Shown: positions 30,276-40,900 of the stretch, in pieces
Numbering within the stretch: the stretch's first letter is position 1
Layout of the letters: the number at the start of each line of letters is the position of its first letter
IMG/VR virus record: IMGVR_UViG_3300047561_000814
Location: 1 to 64,000 of that record
Origin: a virus
Lineage: Duplodnaviria; Caudoviricetes
Reading direction: 5' to 3' (one strand)
DNA length: 64,000 nucleotides
The notes under the pieces: model-generated
Told to the model about the DNA's origin: nothing
Database searches by the model: none
What the model saw: the letters and a program-made list of their open reading frames with translations, nothing else
Program-made: the position numbers and the translations under genes

Positions 30276-31154
30276 ATGCTAGACAGCAGGATTGCTGGCG
30301 GAACTAAAATAGAAAATGCCAATACAAGAGAAGATAGGGTTCCTAAGCCAGAAATAATTGCTCCAGCAAAAGCGCCAGAGTTTACTGGTCCTGCAAAATA
30401 TAGTCCATTTGTTGAAACTCTGAAGGCTGTTAACACTTCAGGCATTGTTAGTCCAGCAAAATCAAATGGTTTGTTTATTGGACCTATCCCAATGGGAACT
30501 ACTCGTACTGCAACTGGTTATGAAACAACACCGTATTCACCAGAAAAAAGTTATACCCCTGGCGATTTTAGAAAAGCAGAAGAAGCATCCAACGAACCTT
30601 TTTATGAATCACAGATCAAAGAAGATATCCCAGTTTTTAGTACAGGATCATTTAGCCTTAAAGTAAGTCCAACACCCTTAACCCCAACCTTGCCAGTAAC
30701 AGTTTCACCTCCACCACCACCAGTTAAAACTGCAACTTTAGATATTATATTATTTAATGAAGAATCCGTTCCTACAGATGGAATGTTTGATCAAATATTT
30801 GAAAATATTGGCGGACAAGAATTAATTAGCATAACAAGATCTGACATTGTTAATGGACAAAAAATATCATACCAGCCAATTAAAAACCTTTCAGCCATTC
30901 AACAAAGGTATAATCCAAACAATATTCTTAGCCTACAACAAACCTCAGACAAGTTCTTCGCTGGATTTTCAATTAAATTAGAAGACAAAATTCCAGAAAT
31001 TGGCAACGGGCCTAACGGAGAAAACGTATACCTTAACGCAACTGGAGACTTAATTATTGAGTTTATTAACGTAAATGCTGATGAACAAGTAGAAACACAG
31101 ATTAGCGTAAGTGGTACAATATATGAAGCAGATCTTGGAGACTATACATCATGA
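30276..31154 (+). CDS. Putative minor tail protein with Pro-rich N-terminal half
   Basis: Tail-module synteny and PPPPP linker. Confidence 0.5.
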   Translation: MLDSRIAGGTKIENANTREDRVPKPEIIAPAKAPEFTGPAKYSPFVETLKAVNTSGIVSPAKSNGLFIGPIPMGTTRTATGYETTPYSPEKSYTPGDFRKAEEASNEPFYESQIKEDIPVFSTGSFSLKVSPTPLTPTLPVTVSPPPPPVKTATLDIILFNEESVPTDGMFDQIFENIGGQELISITRSDIVNGQKISYQPIKNLSAIQQRYNPNNILSLQQTSDKFFAGFSIKLEDKIPEIGNGPNGENVYLNATGDLIIEFINVNADEQVETQISVSGTIYEADLGDYTS

Positions 31155-32311
31155 TAACCAATATTGGTAAATCTATTATTGCAAAGTATTTACTTGGTCA
31201 GGCTCCTGCCTATGCCTCTTATATTGCTATTGGCTGTGGCGCTACCCCACTAGATACCGCCGATGAAATTGGCGATTATTCAACAAAAACAAATTTAGAT
31301 TTTGAAATGTTTCGTGTTCCAATATCTTCTAGAGGTTTTGTAAACGAAGACGGTGTAGACAAAATTGTTTTAACAGCAGAACTACCAACAGAAGAAAGAT
31401 ATGAAATATCTGAAATTGGAATATATTCTGCAGGCTCTAATCCATCTGCGGGTGCATATGATAGTAAAACAGTTTTTGCGTTTACACAAACAGAAAACTG
31501 GCAATACGTAACAGCAGCCTCAGCAGTAGCAATTAACACGGAATCTGGTGCGCTAGATGCTCCAATCTACGACAACATTATTGCTATAGCGGATCCAGTA
31601 TTTCAAACAAGCGCAGATAATCCAATATTTTTTAAATCACCAAGAGTTGCAAGATATGAAAGACCAAGATTTTTAAATAATGTAATTATGATAAAAGGCA
31701 ATGAGGCTGATCTTGATATTGAATCTGATAGTGGTCCAACACAAGATACTTTTGAAATAGGAGCAGGATCAAACTATATTAGATTAAGCGGAACAACAGT
31801 TGACTTTACAAAAAACTCTCCAACAGACCAATTAAGACTAGCATTCTCAATAGTAAACAGAGATGGAACCTACGGGGCTGGCACTCAACCAGAAAGAGCA
31901 AGAGTTTTAGTTTCATTTGAAAATACAAGTGGAACACAATTTGCAAGACTTGAAGCAGAGGTTGTTGATGACAGTAGTGGCGGACAATATGATTTTGCTA
32001 CAGAAAGATATTTTGTTATAACAAAACAACTTCAACAACTATATAGAACATCTGGATTTGATTGGAATGCTGTTTCTGTAGTTAAGGTGTACGCATGCGT
32101 TATTGATGGAGTTAATCCTTCTGGTAATTATTATGTAGCCTTAGATGCTTTAAAACTAGAAAATGTTGCTACAGTAAATCCACTCTACGGACTAACAGGA
32201 TATTCAGTAATTCAAACTGCAGGCGCAGCAACAATAGTTAAGAGTCCTAATACTAGCAACTATGTTGAATTTAGATTTTCAATAGATCTTTCTAGCGGAA
32301 ATAATTCATAA
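31151..32311 (+). CDS. Putative minor tail/baseplate protein
   Basis: MITNIGKSIIAKYL...YIAIGCG...ISEIGIYS N-terminal pattern resembles tail-fibre/baseplate attachment domains. Confidence 0.6.
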   Translation: MITNIGKSIIAKYLLGQAPAYASYIAIGCGATPLDTADEIGDYSTKTNLDFEMFRVPISSRGFVNEDGVDKIVLTAELPTEERYEISEIGIYSAGSNPSAGAYDSKTVFAFTQTENWQYVTAASAVAINTESGALDAPIYDNIIAIADPVFQTSADNPIFFKSPRVARYERPRFLNNVIMIKGNEADLDIESDSGPTQDTFEIGAGSNYIRLSGTTVDFTKNSPTDQLRLAFSIVNRDGTYGAGTQPERARVLVSFENTSGTQFARLEAEVVDDSSGGQYDFATERYFVITKQLQQLYRTSGFDWNAVSVVKVYACVIDGVNPSGNYYVALDALKLENVATVNPLYGLTGYSVIQTAGAATIVKSPNTSNYVEFRFSIDLSSGNNS

Positions 32312-32736
32312 TGGCTGATGCAGGAATTAAAAAGGTTATAATTAAAAAAGCATCTTTACCAGCAGTAGACAGCAATAAGGTTGGATACGTTTTTAGATAT
32401 AGAATTGTTTCTGAAGATAAGAATAGAACTTCTCAGTGGTCTCCAATAAACCTTGTATTAGATAACTCAATTACAAGTGTTGCTGGAACCGTACAGGTTT
32501 CATCCTCAGTTATTAGTACAGTATGGGGGGATGAATTAAATAGACCCAAATATGATATTTTTGTTGCATTTGATGGGGCTACAGCAACCTATCACGGCAC
32601 AACCCCAATTCACTCATATCAATTTATTAAAACTGGAACCACAAATGTACGTGTAATTATTCAAGTTGAATCATCTGAAAAAACACTAAACGCCAATTTG
32701 CAAATATACAACTCTGGCCTAGTTTCTTTGGTATAA
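32311..32736 (+). CDS. Putative virion protein
   Basis: Coupled to the preceding gene, beta-rich (YVFRYRIVSEDKNRTSQWSP). Confidence 0.5.
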   Translation: MADAGIKKVIIKKASLPAVDSNKVGYVFRYRIVSEDKNRTSQWSPINLVLDNSITSVAGTVQVSSSVISTVWGDELNRPKYDIFVAFDGATATYHGTTPIHSYQFIKTGTTNVRVIIQVESSEKTLNANLQIYNSGLVSLV

Positions 32737-32752
32737 TAAATTATGAGGACAT

Positions 32753-33439
32753 ATGAATAAAATAATAACATTTACAAATATACTTGGACTAGATTTTTTT
32801 CCGCCTAAACCAGCAGTAAAAGAAGTGCCAAATTGGTACAAAGATACACCAGAGTATGTTAGTAATCTAGGTAAAAGATATGTTGATGGTGAGACACCCC
32901 ATACAATTAAAAAATGTATGCCAGTATTTGATGCTATAACTGCTGGATATATTCTTTATACTCAAGTAGAGATACAAGTAACCCAACAAAATAATGTTCC
33001 ATACTATGTGTGGCCAAGTCAAGATTTTATAAATCACCATCTGCTGATACAAGCCCCTTTACACCCAGCAAAAAATGATGCAGGATATGCTAAGTTTAAT
33101 AATCCTTATTCAATTACTACTCCACCTGGATACTCAACCTTATTTATACAACCGTTTCACAGAGAGTCTGTATTCACTATTTTCCCAGGTATAGTAGATA
33201 CTGATACCTACAAAGCCCCAGTTAATTTTCCATTTGTACTTAATGATCTCAAATGGGAAGGAATAATTCCAGCAGGAACGCCAATGGCTCAAGTTATACC
33301 ATTTAAAAGAGAATCTTGGGAACATAAAATAGGTTCTAATAAAGAACGAGAAGAGCAAGAAAAAAACAGTAAAAAATTAAAAACTATGCTTTTTAATTCT
33401 TATAAAAAACAATTTTGGTTTAAAAAAGAATACAAATAG
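32753..33439 (+). CDS. Hypothetical protein, DUF6065-like beta fold (accessory insertion)
   Basis: KKCMPVFDAITAGY, TPPGYSTLF, GIVDTD and IIPAGTPMAQVIPFKRE motifs. Follows TGGTATAAT at 32729-32737. Confidence 0.55.
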   Translation: MNKIITFTNILGLDFFPPKPAVKEVPNWYKDTPEYVSNLGKRYVDGETPHTIKKCMPVFDAITAGYILYTQVEIQVTQQNNVPYYVWPSQDFINHHLLIQAPLHPAKNDAGYAKFNNPYSITTPPGYSTLFIQPFHRESVFTIFPGIVDTDTYKAPVNFPFVLNDLKWEGIIPAGTPMAQVIPFKRESWEHKIGSNKEREEQEKNSKKLKTMLFNSYKKQFWFKKEYK

Positions 33440-33448
33440 GAGAAATAA

Positions 33449-33889
33449 ATGGCTAAAGTACCACTACCAGAAAGAGGGCAACCTCTTGATGTTACATATC
33501 TATATCAATTGATTGAGGCCGTAAACGACCTTTCTACAAATGTTGCTTCTAAGCAAACAAGTAAGACAATTATTGATACAGCAAGTGCGGGTAAGGCAGA
33601 GGTGCAAACCTCTAATACAAGAATAGTAGGCGGTTTGGTTGAAGTTGCAAACAACTCCACAGTTTCGGCGGGAAACGAAAGAACGTTCACCTACGACTTT
33701 AAAGACTTTAAATACCCACCAATAGTATCAGCAACTCCAGTAAACACTGGACAAACACCAGCAGGGCAAAACGTAAATATTGTTTTAAAAAGCGTTACAG
33801 AAACAAGAGTAGAGGGTGTTGTAAGGTTTGGTGCTTCTGGAGACCTATCCCTATCAGTACATCTAGTCATTGTTGGTATTCCAAATTAA
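33449..33889 (+). CDS. Hypothetical protein (possible virion protein)
   Basis: AGGAG RBS, 146 aa, FKYPPIVSATP motif. Confidence 0.5.
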   Translation: MAKVPLPERGQPLDVTYLYQLIEAVNDLSTNVASKQTSKTIIDTASAGKAEVQTSNTRIVGGLVEVANNSTVSAGNERTFTYDFKDFKYPPIVSATPVNTGQTPAGQNVNIVLKSVTETRVEGVVRFGASGDLSLSVHLVIVGIPN

Positions 33890-33900
33890 AGATAAAATTA

Positions 33901-34092
33901 ATGATTTATTGTAAAAAATGTAAAGGTAGAACTTTTGTTGACAGGCAGTATAGCAGTGCCCAGCATATGGAGACATACTGCATGGTATGTGGTATGAGAA
34001 AATTTTTTCATCCACCAGCAGAAAGTGAAGAAGGACGATGGTTACTAGCAAAGGAATTATCCAGAGCGAAATCTACAATAGCGAAACTGTAA
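33901..34092 (+). CDS. Small zinc-ribbon protein
   Basis: CKKC...CMVC motif. Confidence 0.6.
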   Translation: MIYCKKCKGRTFVDRQYSSAQHMETYCMVCGMRKFFHPPAESEEGRWLLAKELSRAKSTIAKL

Positions 34093-34580
34093 TACAAGGA
34101 AATAAAAAAATATGGTTTCTTAATGGAGATTTAGTAAGACTACATCACAGTTCAAGATCTACTGGAATGGTATCTGTTTATAATATTACTAAAGATAGAA
34201 TTGAAACTTGCTTACGATCTGATTTTAGAAAAAATAGAGAACGTGCATATACTGTTACTGAGACTGCTAAATTAATTAATCGTCATAGAAAATATATGCC
34301 TAAATTAATGAAGACTGGAATGATACCAAAACCAATTGGTGCAAGGCTAAATGGACAAAGGGGTTGGCAAATTAGATCCTATTACTCAGAAAGCATGGTA
34401 AGGGATATACGTGCTATACTGGCTACTATACATATAGGACAGCCAAGAAAAGACGGACTTATAACAAATAATATGACTCCTACAAGCCAAGAGTTGACAC
34501 GGCGAATGGGAGACGGTATACTTACATATACAAAGACAGAAGATGGAAGATTTATTCCTGTTTGGGCAGAAAACATTTAA
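34038..34580 (+). CDS. Helix-turn-helix DNA-binding protein (MerR/excisionase-like)
   Basis: YTVTETAKLINRHRKYMPKLMKTGMIP...RSYYSESMV pattern. Confidence 0.6.
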   Translation: MVTSKGIIQSEIYNSETVIQGNKKIWFLNGDLVRLHHSSRSTGMVSVYNITKDRIETCLRSDFRKNRERAYTVTETAKLINRHRKYMPKLMKTGMIPKPIGARLNGQRGWQIRSYYSESMVRDIRAILATIHIGQPRKDGLITNNMTPTSQELTRRMGDGILTYTKTEDGRFIPVWAENI

Positions 34581-34599
34581 TAATAGAAACGGTGGGGTA

Positions 34600-34812
34600 A
34601 TGGAAAACGAAAATACAAAAGTATCAGTAGCACTTGGATATACACTTAATTTAGGTAACTTTCAATCACTAAGGTTTGATTTTAATGTTATAGATAATAC
34701 ACGAAATGGTGAGACAGTAGACCAGGCTTTTAATCGTGTCTATAAGTTTGTAGAAGATAAGTTAACAGAAAAAGTTAAAGAAGCCGAAACAGAGGCTGAA
34801 AGTAACAACTAA
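34600..34812 (+). CDS. Hypothetical protein
   Basis: GGGG RBS before ATG 34600, LGYTLNLGNFQSLR motif. Confidence 0.6.
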   Translation: MENENTKVSVALGYTLNLGNFQSLRFDFNVIDNTRNGETVDQAFNRVYKFVEDKLTEKVKEAETEAESNN

Positions 34813-35120
34813 TGACTGAACGCAAAGACCGTATGGCTTTGCTAAGTAGATACAATAAGTTGCATCTACAAAGATATGAAGCCAAAAGCAACATGAATCT
34901 TAATGTTGAACAATGGGCTGCAGATGCTCTTGTTGAATCTTATGGTATAGGAGTTTGTTATGATTTATTGGATTATTATTTTAATATTTCTCTTTCTCCT
35001 GCTTGGAATTACTTTGCATACAATGCACAGAAAATATTGGAAGCAAAACTAGAAGTAGAGCAAGACATTAAAGACCGAGAAGAGCGAAGAAAACTAGCAA
35101 GGAAGTGGATTAATGAATAA
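34812..35120 (+). CDS. Hypothetical protein (possible helicase-associated)
   Basis: Coupled ORF directly upstream of dnaB. Confidence 0.55.
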   Translation: MTERKDRMALLSRYNKLHLQRYEAKSNMNLNVEQWAADALVESYGIGVCYDLLDYYFNISLSPAWNYFAYNAQKILEAKLEVEQDIKDREERRKLARKWINE

Positions 35121-36339
35121 TACAGAAGCAAAGTTAATCACCGCAGTATTAAATGATAAACAGATTCATGTATTATTACAAGCAAATGTTGATAATCTTT
35201 TAAGAACCCACAATGACGTCTGGGGTTTTATCAGACTATATTCAGAAAATAATCAATCGGTTCCACCAGTATCTTTAGTTGTAGAAAAATTTAGAGACTT
35301 TGTGCCCGTAGAAGGGGTTGGTGCAACAAAGCATCACCTTGAAGAATTACAAACAGAATATCTAAATGATAGTCTTAAAGACATCCTACGGAATGCAGCA
35401 TCTGAAGTTCAAGTTGGTAATGGATCAAAGGCTCTTGAGCATATTATTACAAAAACATCAGAATTAAAAAAGAATACTGCTGCAATAAGAGATATTGAAG
35501 TAACAGACCTTGAGTCAGCAATTGCATACTTTGAGAATGTAAAGAAAATGCAAAGCCTAGGTCACATTGGAATTAAAACAGGTTTGCCAGGGTTTGATAA
35601 CTATTTACCTTCTGGAATCATGCCAGGACAACTAGGAGTCTTCCTTGCATATCCTGGTATTGGAAAGTCTTGGTTGGCTCTGTACTTCGCTGTACAGGCC
35701 TGGAAACAGGGTCGTAGCCCACTTATCATAAGTCTTGAAATGTCTGAAACAGAAGTTCGTAACCGTGTGTTTGCAATTATGGGTGAGGGCTTATGGTCTC
35801 ATCGTAAACTTAGCAATGGCGAAGTAGAAATTGAAATGCTTAAAAAATGGCATGCAGATAAATTACAAGGCAAGCCAGAGTTTCACATTATCTCTAATGA
35901 TAACGGAGGAGATTTAACTCCTTCAGTTATACGTGGAAAGATTGATCAATATAAGCCAGACTTTGTTGTTGTTGATTATTTACAATTAATGTCACCAAAT
36001 CAAAAGGCCGATAGTGAGACGGTACGTATGAAAAACCTTTCACGAGAACTTAAACTTATGTCTATTAGCGAAGAGGTTCCCATTATTGCTATTTCATCTG
36101 CTACTCCAGATGATGTTAAGGATCTTTCTACACCGCCAACTTTAGGACAAACGGCTTGGTCAAGACAAATTGCTTATGATGCTGACTGGGTAATGGCTTT
36201 AGGTCGTGCTACGAACAGTGATATTATTGAATGTGTATTTAGAAAAAATAGAAATGGTTTTATGGGGGACTTTTTAGTTCAAGTAGATTTTGATAGAGGA
36301 TACTATCGCTATAAGGATTATGAGGATAAAAATGGTTAA
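35113..36339 (+). CDS. dnaB: DnaB-like replicative helicase
   Basis: Walker A AYPGIGKS, ISLEMS, VVVDYLQLM, SRELKLMS and KNRNG motifs. Confidence 0.93.
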   Translation: MNNTEAKLITAVLNDKQIHVLLQANVDNLLRTHNDVWGFIRLYSENNQSVPPVSLVVEKFRDFVPVEGVGATKHHLEELQTEYLNDSLKDILRNAASEVQVGNGSKALEHIITKTSELKKNTAAIRDIEVTDLESAIAYFENVKKMQSLGHIGIKTGLPGFDNYLPSGIMPGQLGVFLAYPGIGKSWLALYFAVQAWKQGRSPLIISLEMSETEVRNRVFAIMGEGLWSHRKLSNGEVEIEMLKKWHADKLQGKPEFHIISNDNGGDLTPSVIRGKIDQYKPDFVVVDYLQLMSPNQKADSETVRMKNLSRELKLMSISEEVPIIAISSATPDDVKDLSTPPTLGQTAWSRQIAYDADWVMALGRATNSDIIECVFRKNRNGFMGDFLVQVDFDRGYYRYKDYEDKNG

Positions 36340-37255
36340 AGATTCTTATACTGCAGAACAAGTTAATCGTGTGCTAACTGGTGCTGGCATTGATATTGAG
36401 GCTGAGTATGGAACAGACTATATTATATTTTGTCCGTATCATAACAACAACAGAACTCCCGCTGGTGAAGTATCAAAAGAGCATGGATTGTTTTTTTGCT
36501 TTGGATGTCAAACCACAAAAACTCTTGTTGAGTTTGTAATGTATATATCCAATAGAACCTACTTTGAGGCAATAAGATATATTAAAAGTAAAGAGCAAGA
36601 AAGTAGCATTGAGACATCAGTCAATAAGGCGTTAGTAAGTAAACCAGAGTTTATCCAGTATGATGAACTATTAATTAAAAGATTAAATAATAATGCATTA
36701 GAGTCTCCAAGAGCAGTTAGGTATTACGAAGGTAGAAAAATAACTAAAGACTCAATGATAAAATTTAATCTTGGCTATTCAGAAAAACAAGATTCAGTTA
36801 CAATTCCAGTACACTCTCCAGACGGCATGTGTATTGGATTTGTTGCTAGAACAGTTGAAGGCAAAGAATTTAAGAATACCCCTGGTTTGCCAAAAGGGAA
36901 AACCTTATTTAATTTACATAGAATAAAGGCTTCAAGCATTGTCTATGTAGTAGAGTCTTCTTTTGATGCAATTAGGCTAGATCAAGTAGGATTCCCTGCG
37001 GTTGCTACGCTGGGTGCTAATGTTTCTGCAGCACAAATAAAACTATTAGAAAAGTATTTTAATAGTATTGTTTTGATTGCAGATAACGATGATGCAGGAA
37101 TAATAATGAGAGATAAGTTAATTCAAAGACTTGGACCTGTTGTTACTTCTGTTTACGTAGATAAAAAATATAAAGATATAGGCGACATGGATGATGATGC
37201 AATTAAAAAGTTGGAGTTCCAATTTGACAATTCCATCACTAGTATGTTAAAATAG
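36332..37255 (+). CDS. dnaG: DNA primase (CHC2 zinc finger plus TOPRIM)
   Basis: CPYH...FCFGC zinc finger, VVESSFDA and ADNDDAG TOPRIM motifs. Confidence 0.9.
   Translation: MVKDSYTAEQVNRVLTGAGIDIEAEYGTDYIIFCPYHNNNRTPAGEVSKEHGLFFCFGCQTTKTLVEFVMYISNRTYFEAIRYIKSKEQESSIETSVNKALVSKPEFIQYDELLIKRLNNNALESPRAVRYYEGRKITKDSMIKFNLGYSEKQDSVTIPVHSPDGMCIGFVARTVEGKEFKNTPGLPKGKTLFNLHRIKASSIVYVVESSFDAIRLDQVGFPAVATLGANVSAAQIKLLEKYFNSIVLIADNDDAGIIMRDKLIQRLGPVVTSVYVDKKYKDIGDMDDDAIKKLEFQFDNSITSMLK
37224..37253 (+). promoter_or_regulatory. Sigma70-type promoter for ssb/dnaE
   Basis: TTGACA (37224-37229), 18-nt spacer, TG-T-TAAAAT (37245-37253). Confidence 0.6.
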
Positions 37256-37282
37256 ATATAACACATAAGGAGAAAAAATAAT

Positions 37283-37939
37283 ATGACTATTGTAAAGGGA
37301 CTAAAGAACATTAATGCCCTAGTTGACAAGCCAAAGTATGATGAAAACTCTCCAAAGGTAAGATGGTTAAAACTTGCCGATGGACAGTCTGCAAAGATTA
37401 GGTTCGTTGAAGAACTTGATGAAGACTCTGCAAACTATAATGCAGATCGTGGGTTAGCACTTGTTGTTAAAGAACACACAAATCCAAAAGACTACAAACG
37501 CAAGGCTGTAGACACTATGGAATCAGAAGGTCGTGACTGGGCTGAAGAAATGCATCGTAAAGATGTAAAGGCTGGCTGGAGAGCACGTCTTCGTTTTTAT
37601 TGCAACGTACTTGTAGATGATGGCATTGAAGAGCCATACGTAGCCATTTGGTCAATGGGCGTAAGTAAGCAATCTGCATTCAATACTATTCGTGAGTATG
37701 CCCTTGAAACAGGCAGCATCTCAAACATCTTATGGAAGTTAAAGCGTAACGGTCAGGGGACTGAAACAAGTTACACACTTATTCCATCTGCACCAGATAA
37801 AGAACCATTTAACTGGACAACACATAAGCCATACGCTCTTGAATTAGCATTAAAGAAAATTCCTTATGCTGAACAAGAAGCATTCTATTTGGGGTTTGAT
37901 ACTCCATCCGTAACTTCATCAACCAATACAGATTGGTAA
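37283..37939 (+). CDS. Single-stranded DNA-binding protein (gp32-like, putative)
   Basis: WLKLADGQSAKIRF, WKLKRNGQGTETSYTL and an acidic/aromatic tail (TDW). Lies between primase and polymerase. Confidence 0.7.
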   Translation: MTIVKGLKNINALVDKPKYDENSPKVRWLKLADGQSAKIRFVEELDEDSANYNADRGLALVVKEHTNPKDYKRKAVDTMESEGRDWAEEMHRKDVKAGWRARLRFYCNVLVDDGIEEPYVAIWSMGVSKQSAFNTIREYALETGSISNILWKLKRNGQGTETSYTLIPSAPDKEPFNWTTHKPYALELALKKIPYAEQEAFYLGFDTPSVTSSTNTDW

Positions 37940-37940
37940 G

Positions 37941-40900
37941 ATGAACTACGTAGGCTTACATGTTCATACTCACTACTCCCTATTTGACGGCATAGCAACT
38001 CCACAAGAGTATGTAGACCGTGCTATCAAGTTGGGTATGAACGCTCTTGCAATTACAGATCACGGATCACTTTCTGGTCACAGAGAGTTTTACCGTTCTG
38101 CAAAAGAAAAGGGCATTAAGCCAATCCTTGGTCTAGAAGGATATATGTGTGCAGACATATCAGATAAAAGAGATAAGTCTGAAAGAACAGGTCAACAAGA
38201 TCTTGTTTATAATCATATTATCCTTCTAGCCAAGAACCAAAAAGGTTTAGAAAATCTTAATAAAATTAGCGAAATAGCATGGACGGATGGATTCTTTAAA
38301 AAACCAAGATTTGATTTTGAAATTCTTCAAAAATACAAAGATGGCATTATCGTAACATCTGCTTGCCCTAGCAGCGTTATTGTTAAAGCATTAGAAGAGC
38401 AAGAGTTTGCACTTGCTAAAAAACACATTAAGTGGTTTAAAGATAATTTTGGTAGCGACTACTACATTGAGGTCATGCCACATAATACGCCAGAAATAAA
38501 TAAATATCTTATTGATCTTGCTGATGAATTTAATATTAAAGTAGTAGTTACACCAGACTGTCATCATGTTGATGAATCACAAAAACATATTCAAGAGTTT
38601 AAACTTTTAATGAACACTCATGCTAAAGTACAAAAAGATGCTACATATACAAAATCTGTAAAGATTGATTCTATGATGGAGCGTCTTGATTATCTTTACG
38701 GAGAAGACCGCCAGATAACATTTAATAAGTTTGACATTCATTTACTTTCCTATGAAGAGATTAAGGTAGCAATGAAAAAACAGGGTATTGATAGAGAAGA
38801 CATATACTCAAACACACTATTACTAGCAGAGACAGTAAAAGACTATGAAATTAAAGATGGTCTTGATTTACTTCCAGTTCAATATAAAAATCCAGATCAA
38901 GAATTAGCAACCTTAGCATTTGCTGCATTAGAAGAAAAAAGATTAAACCCTAATTGGCTTGGCAACGATGTTTATGAACAAAGACTTATGGAAGAATTAG
39001 AAATTATTCGTGATAAAAAGTTTGCACCATATTTCTTAGTAGTTCAAAATATGATTTCTTGGGCAAAGAAAGAAGGAATCTTAGTTGGTCCAGGGCGTGG
39101 ATCTTCTGCTGGTTCTTTGGTTTGTTATCTTCTTGGCATTACTGATATTGATCCATTAGAGCATGGGCTTTTGTTCTTTCGTTTTATTAATCCAGAACGT
39201 AATGACTTTCCCGATATTGATACAGACATTCAAGATACTCGTCGTGATGAAGTAAAAGATTATTTAGTTAGACAGTATAGGCATGTAGCATCTATTGCAA
39301 CGTTCCTTCAATTTAAAGATAAAGGTGTTGTGCGAGATGTTGCACGAGTTTTAGATATTCCACTTGCAGATGTTAATAAGGTTTTAAAACTTGTTGACAC
39401 TTGGGATGAATATTGCACATCTAAAACTACATTATCATTTAGAGAAAAATATCCAGAGGTGGAAATTTATGGAGAACAGTTACGTGGTCGTATTAGAGGT
39501 ACTGGCATTCATGCTGCTGGTGTGGTTACTAGTAAGGATCCAATCTTTAGGTATGCGCCATTGGAAACTCGTTCTTCTCCTGGATCCGATTATCGCATTC
39601 CTGTGGTCGGTGTTGATATGGAAGAGGCTGAAAAGATTGGTCTTATTAAAATTGATGCATTAGGACTTAAAACTTTAAGTGTAGTAAAAGATTGTATTGA
39701 CATGATTAAACAAAATCACTACAAAGATATTGATCTTTTATCAATTGATATGACAGACTCTAAAGTATACGAAATGCTTTCAGATGGATATACCAAAGGT
39801 GTGTTTCAGTGTGAGGCAACTCCGTACACAAACCTTCTAGTAAAAATGGGAGTAAAGAATTTTAGCGAGTTAGCAGCATCAAACGCCCTAGTTCGTCCAG
39901 GCGCTATGAACACTATTGGTAAAGATTATATTGCTCGTAAACACGGAAAACAAAACGTTTCTTATATTCATCAAACTATGAAAGAATTCACAGACGACAC
40001 ATATGGGTGTATTCTTTATCAGGAACAGGTTATGCAGGCTTGCGTTTATCTTGGTGGAATGACAATGGCTGAGGCTGACAAGGTTCGTAAGATTATTGGA
40101 AAGAAAAAAGATGCAAAAGAGTTCAATCTATTTCAAGATAGGTTTGTTGCTGGGGCGAGTAAGTTCATATCTCCTAATAAAGCCTTGGATCTATGGAAAG
40201 ACTTTGAGGAACACGCAGGTTATTCGTTCAACAAGAGTCATGCGGTTGCTTATTCTACACTCTCGTATTGGACGGCGTGGTTAAAATACTACTATCCACT
40301 TGAGTTTATGTTTGCCCTTCTTAAAAATGAGAAGGATAAAGACGGTAGAACAGAATATCTAATTGAAGCAAAACGTATGGGTATATCAGTTAAACTACCA
40401 CATATAAATGATTCAGACCTTGACTTTAAAATTGAAGGTAAGGGGATTCGTTTTGGATTAACTGGTATCAAGTTTATTTCAAATAACATTGCACAAAAAT
40501 ATATTGATGCAAGACCATTTAATAGTTATAAACAACTTGAAGAGTTTACATTTACAAAAGGTAATGGCGTAAACAGTAGAGCACTAAATGCGCTTAGGCT
40601 AACTGGTGCTGCAACATTTTCTGATAATCCACGTAACGATGAAGACATTAAAGAAAATCTTTATGAGTATTTAAATCTTCCAGAGTTCAATATTTCTATT
40701 CCATCTCACTATTATGCATTTATTCAATCAATTGAGGATTTTGAAGAAAAAGGATCTTTTATTTTAATGGGTATGGTTAAAGCAATTAAACGAGGAAAGG
40801 GATGGTCAAGGGTTGAAATTTTAGACAAAACTGGAAGCGTTGGTATATTTGATGAAGAATCAACAACTATTGAAACAGGTCGCACCTACTTAATTCTTGC

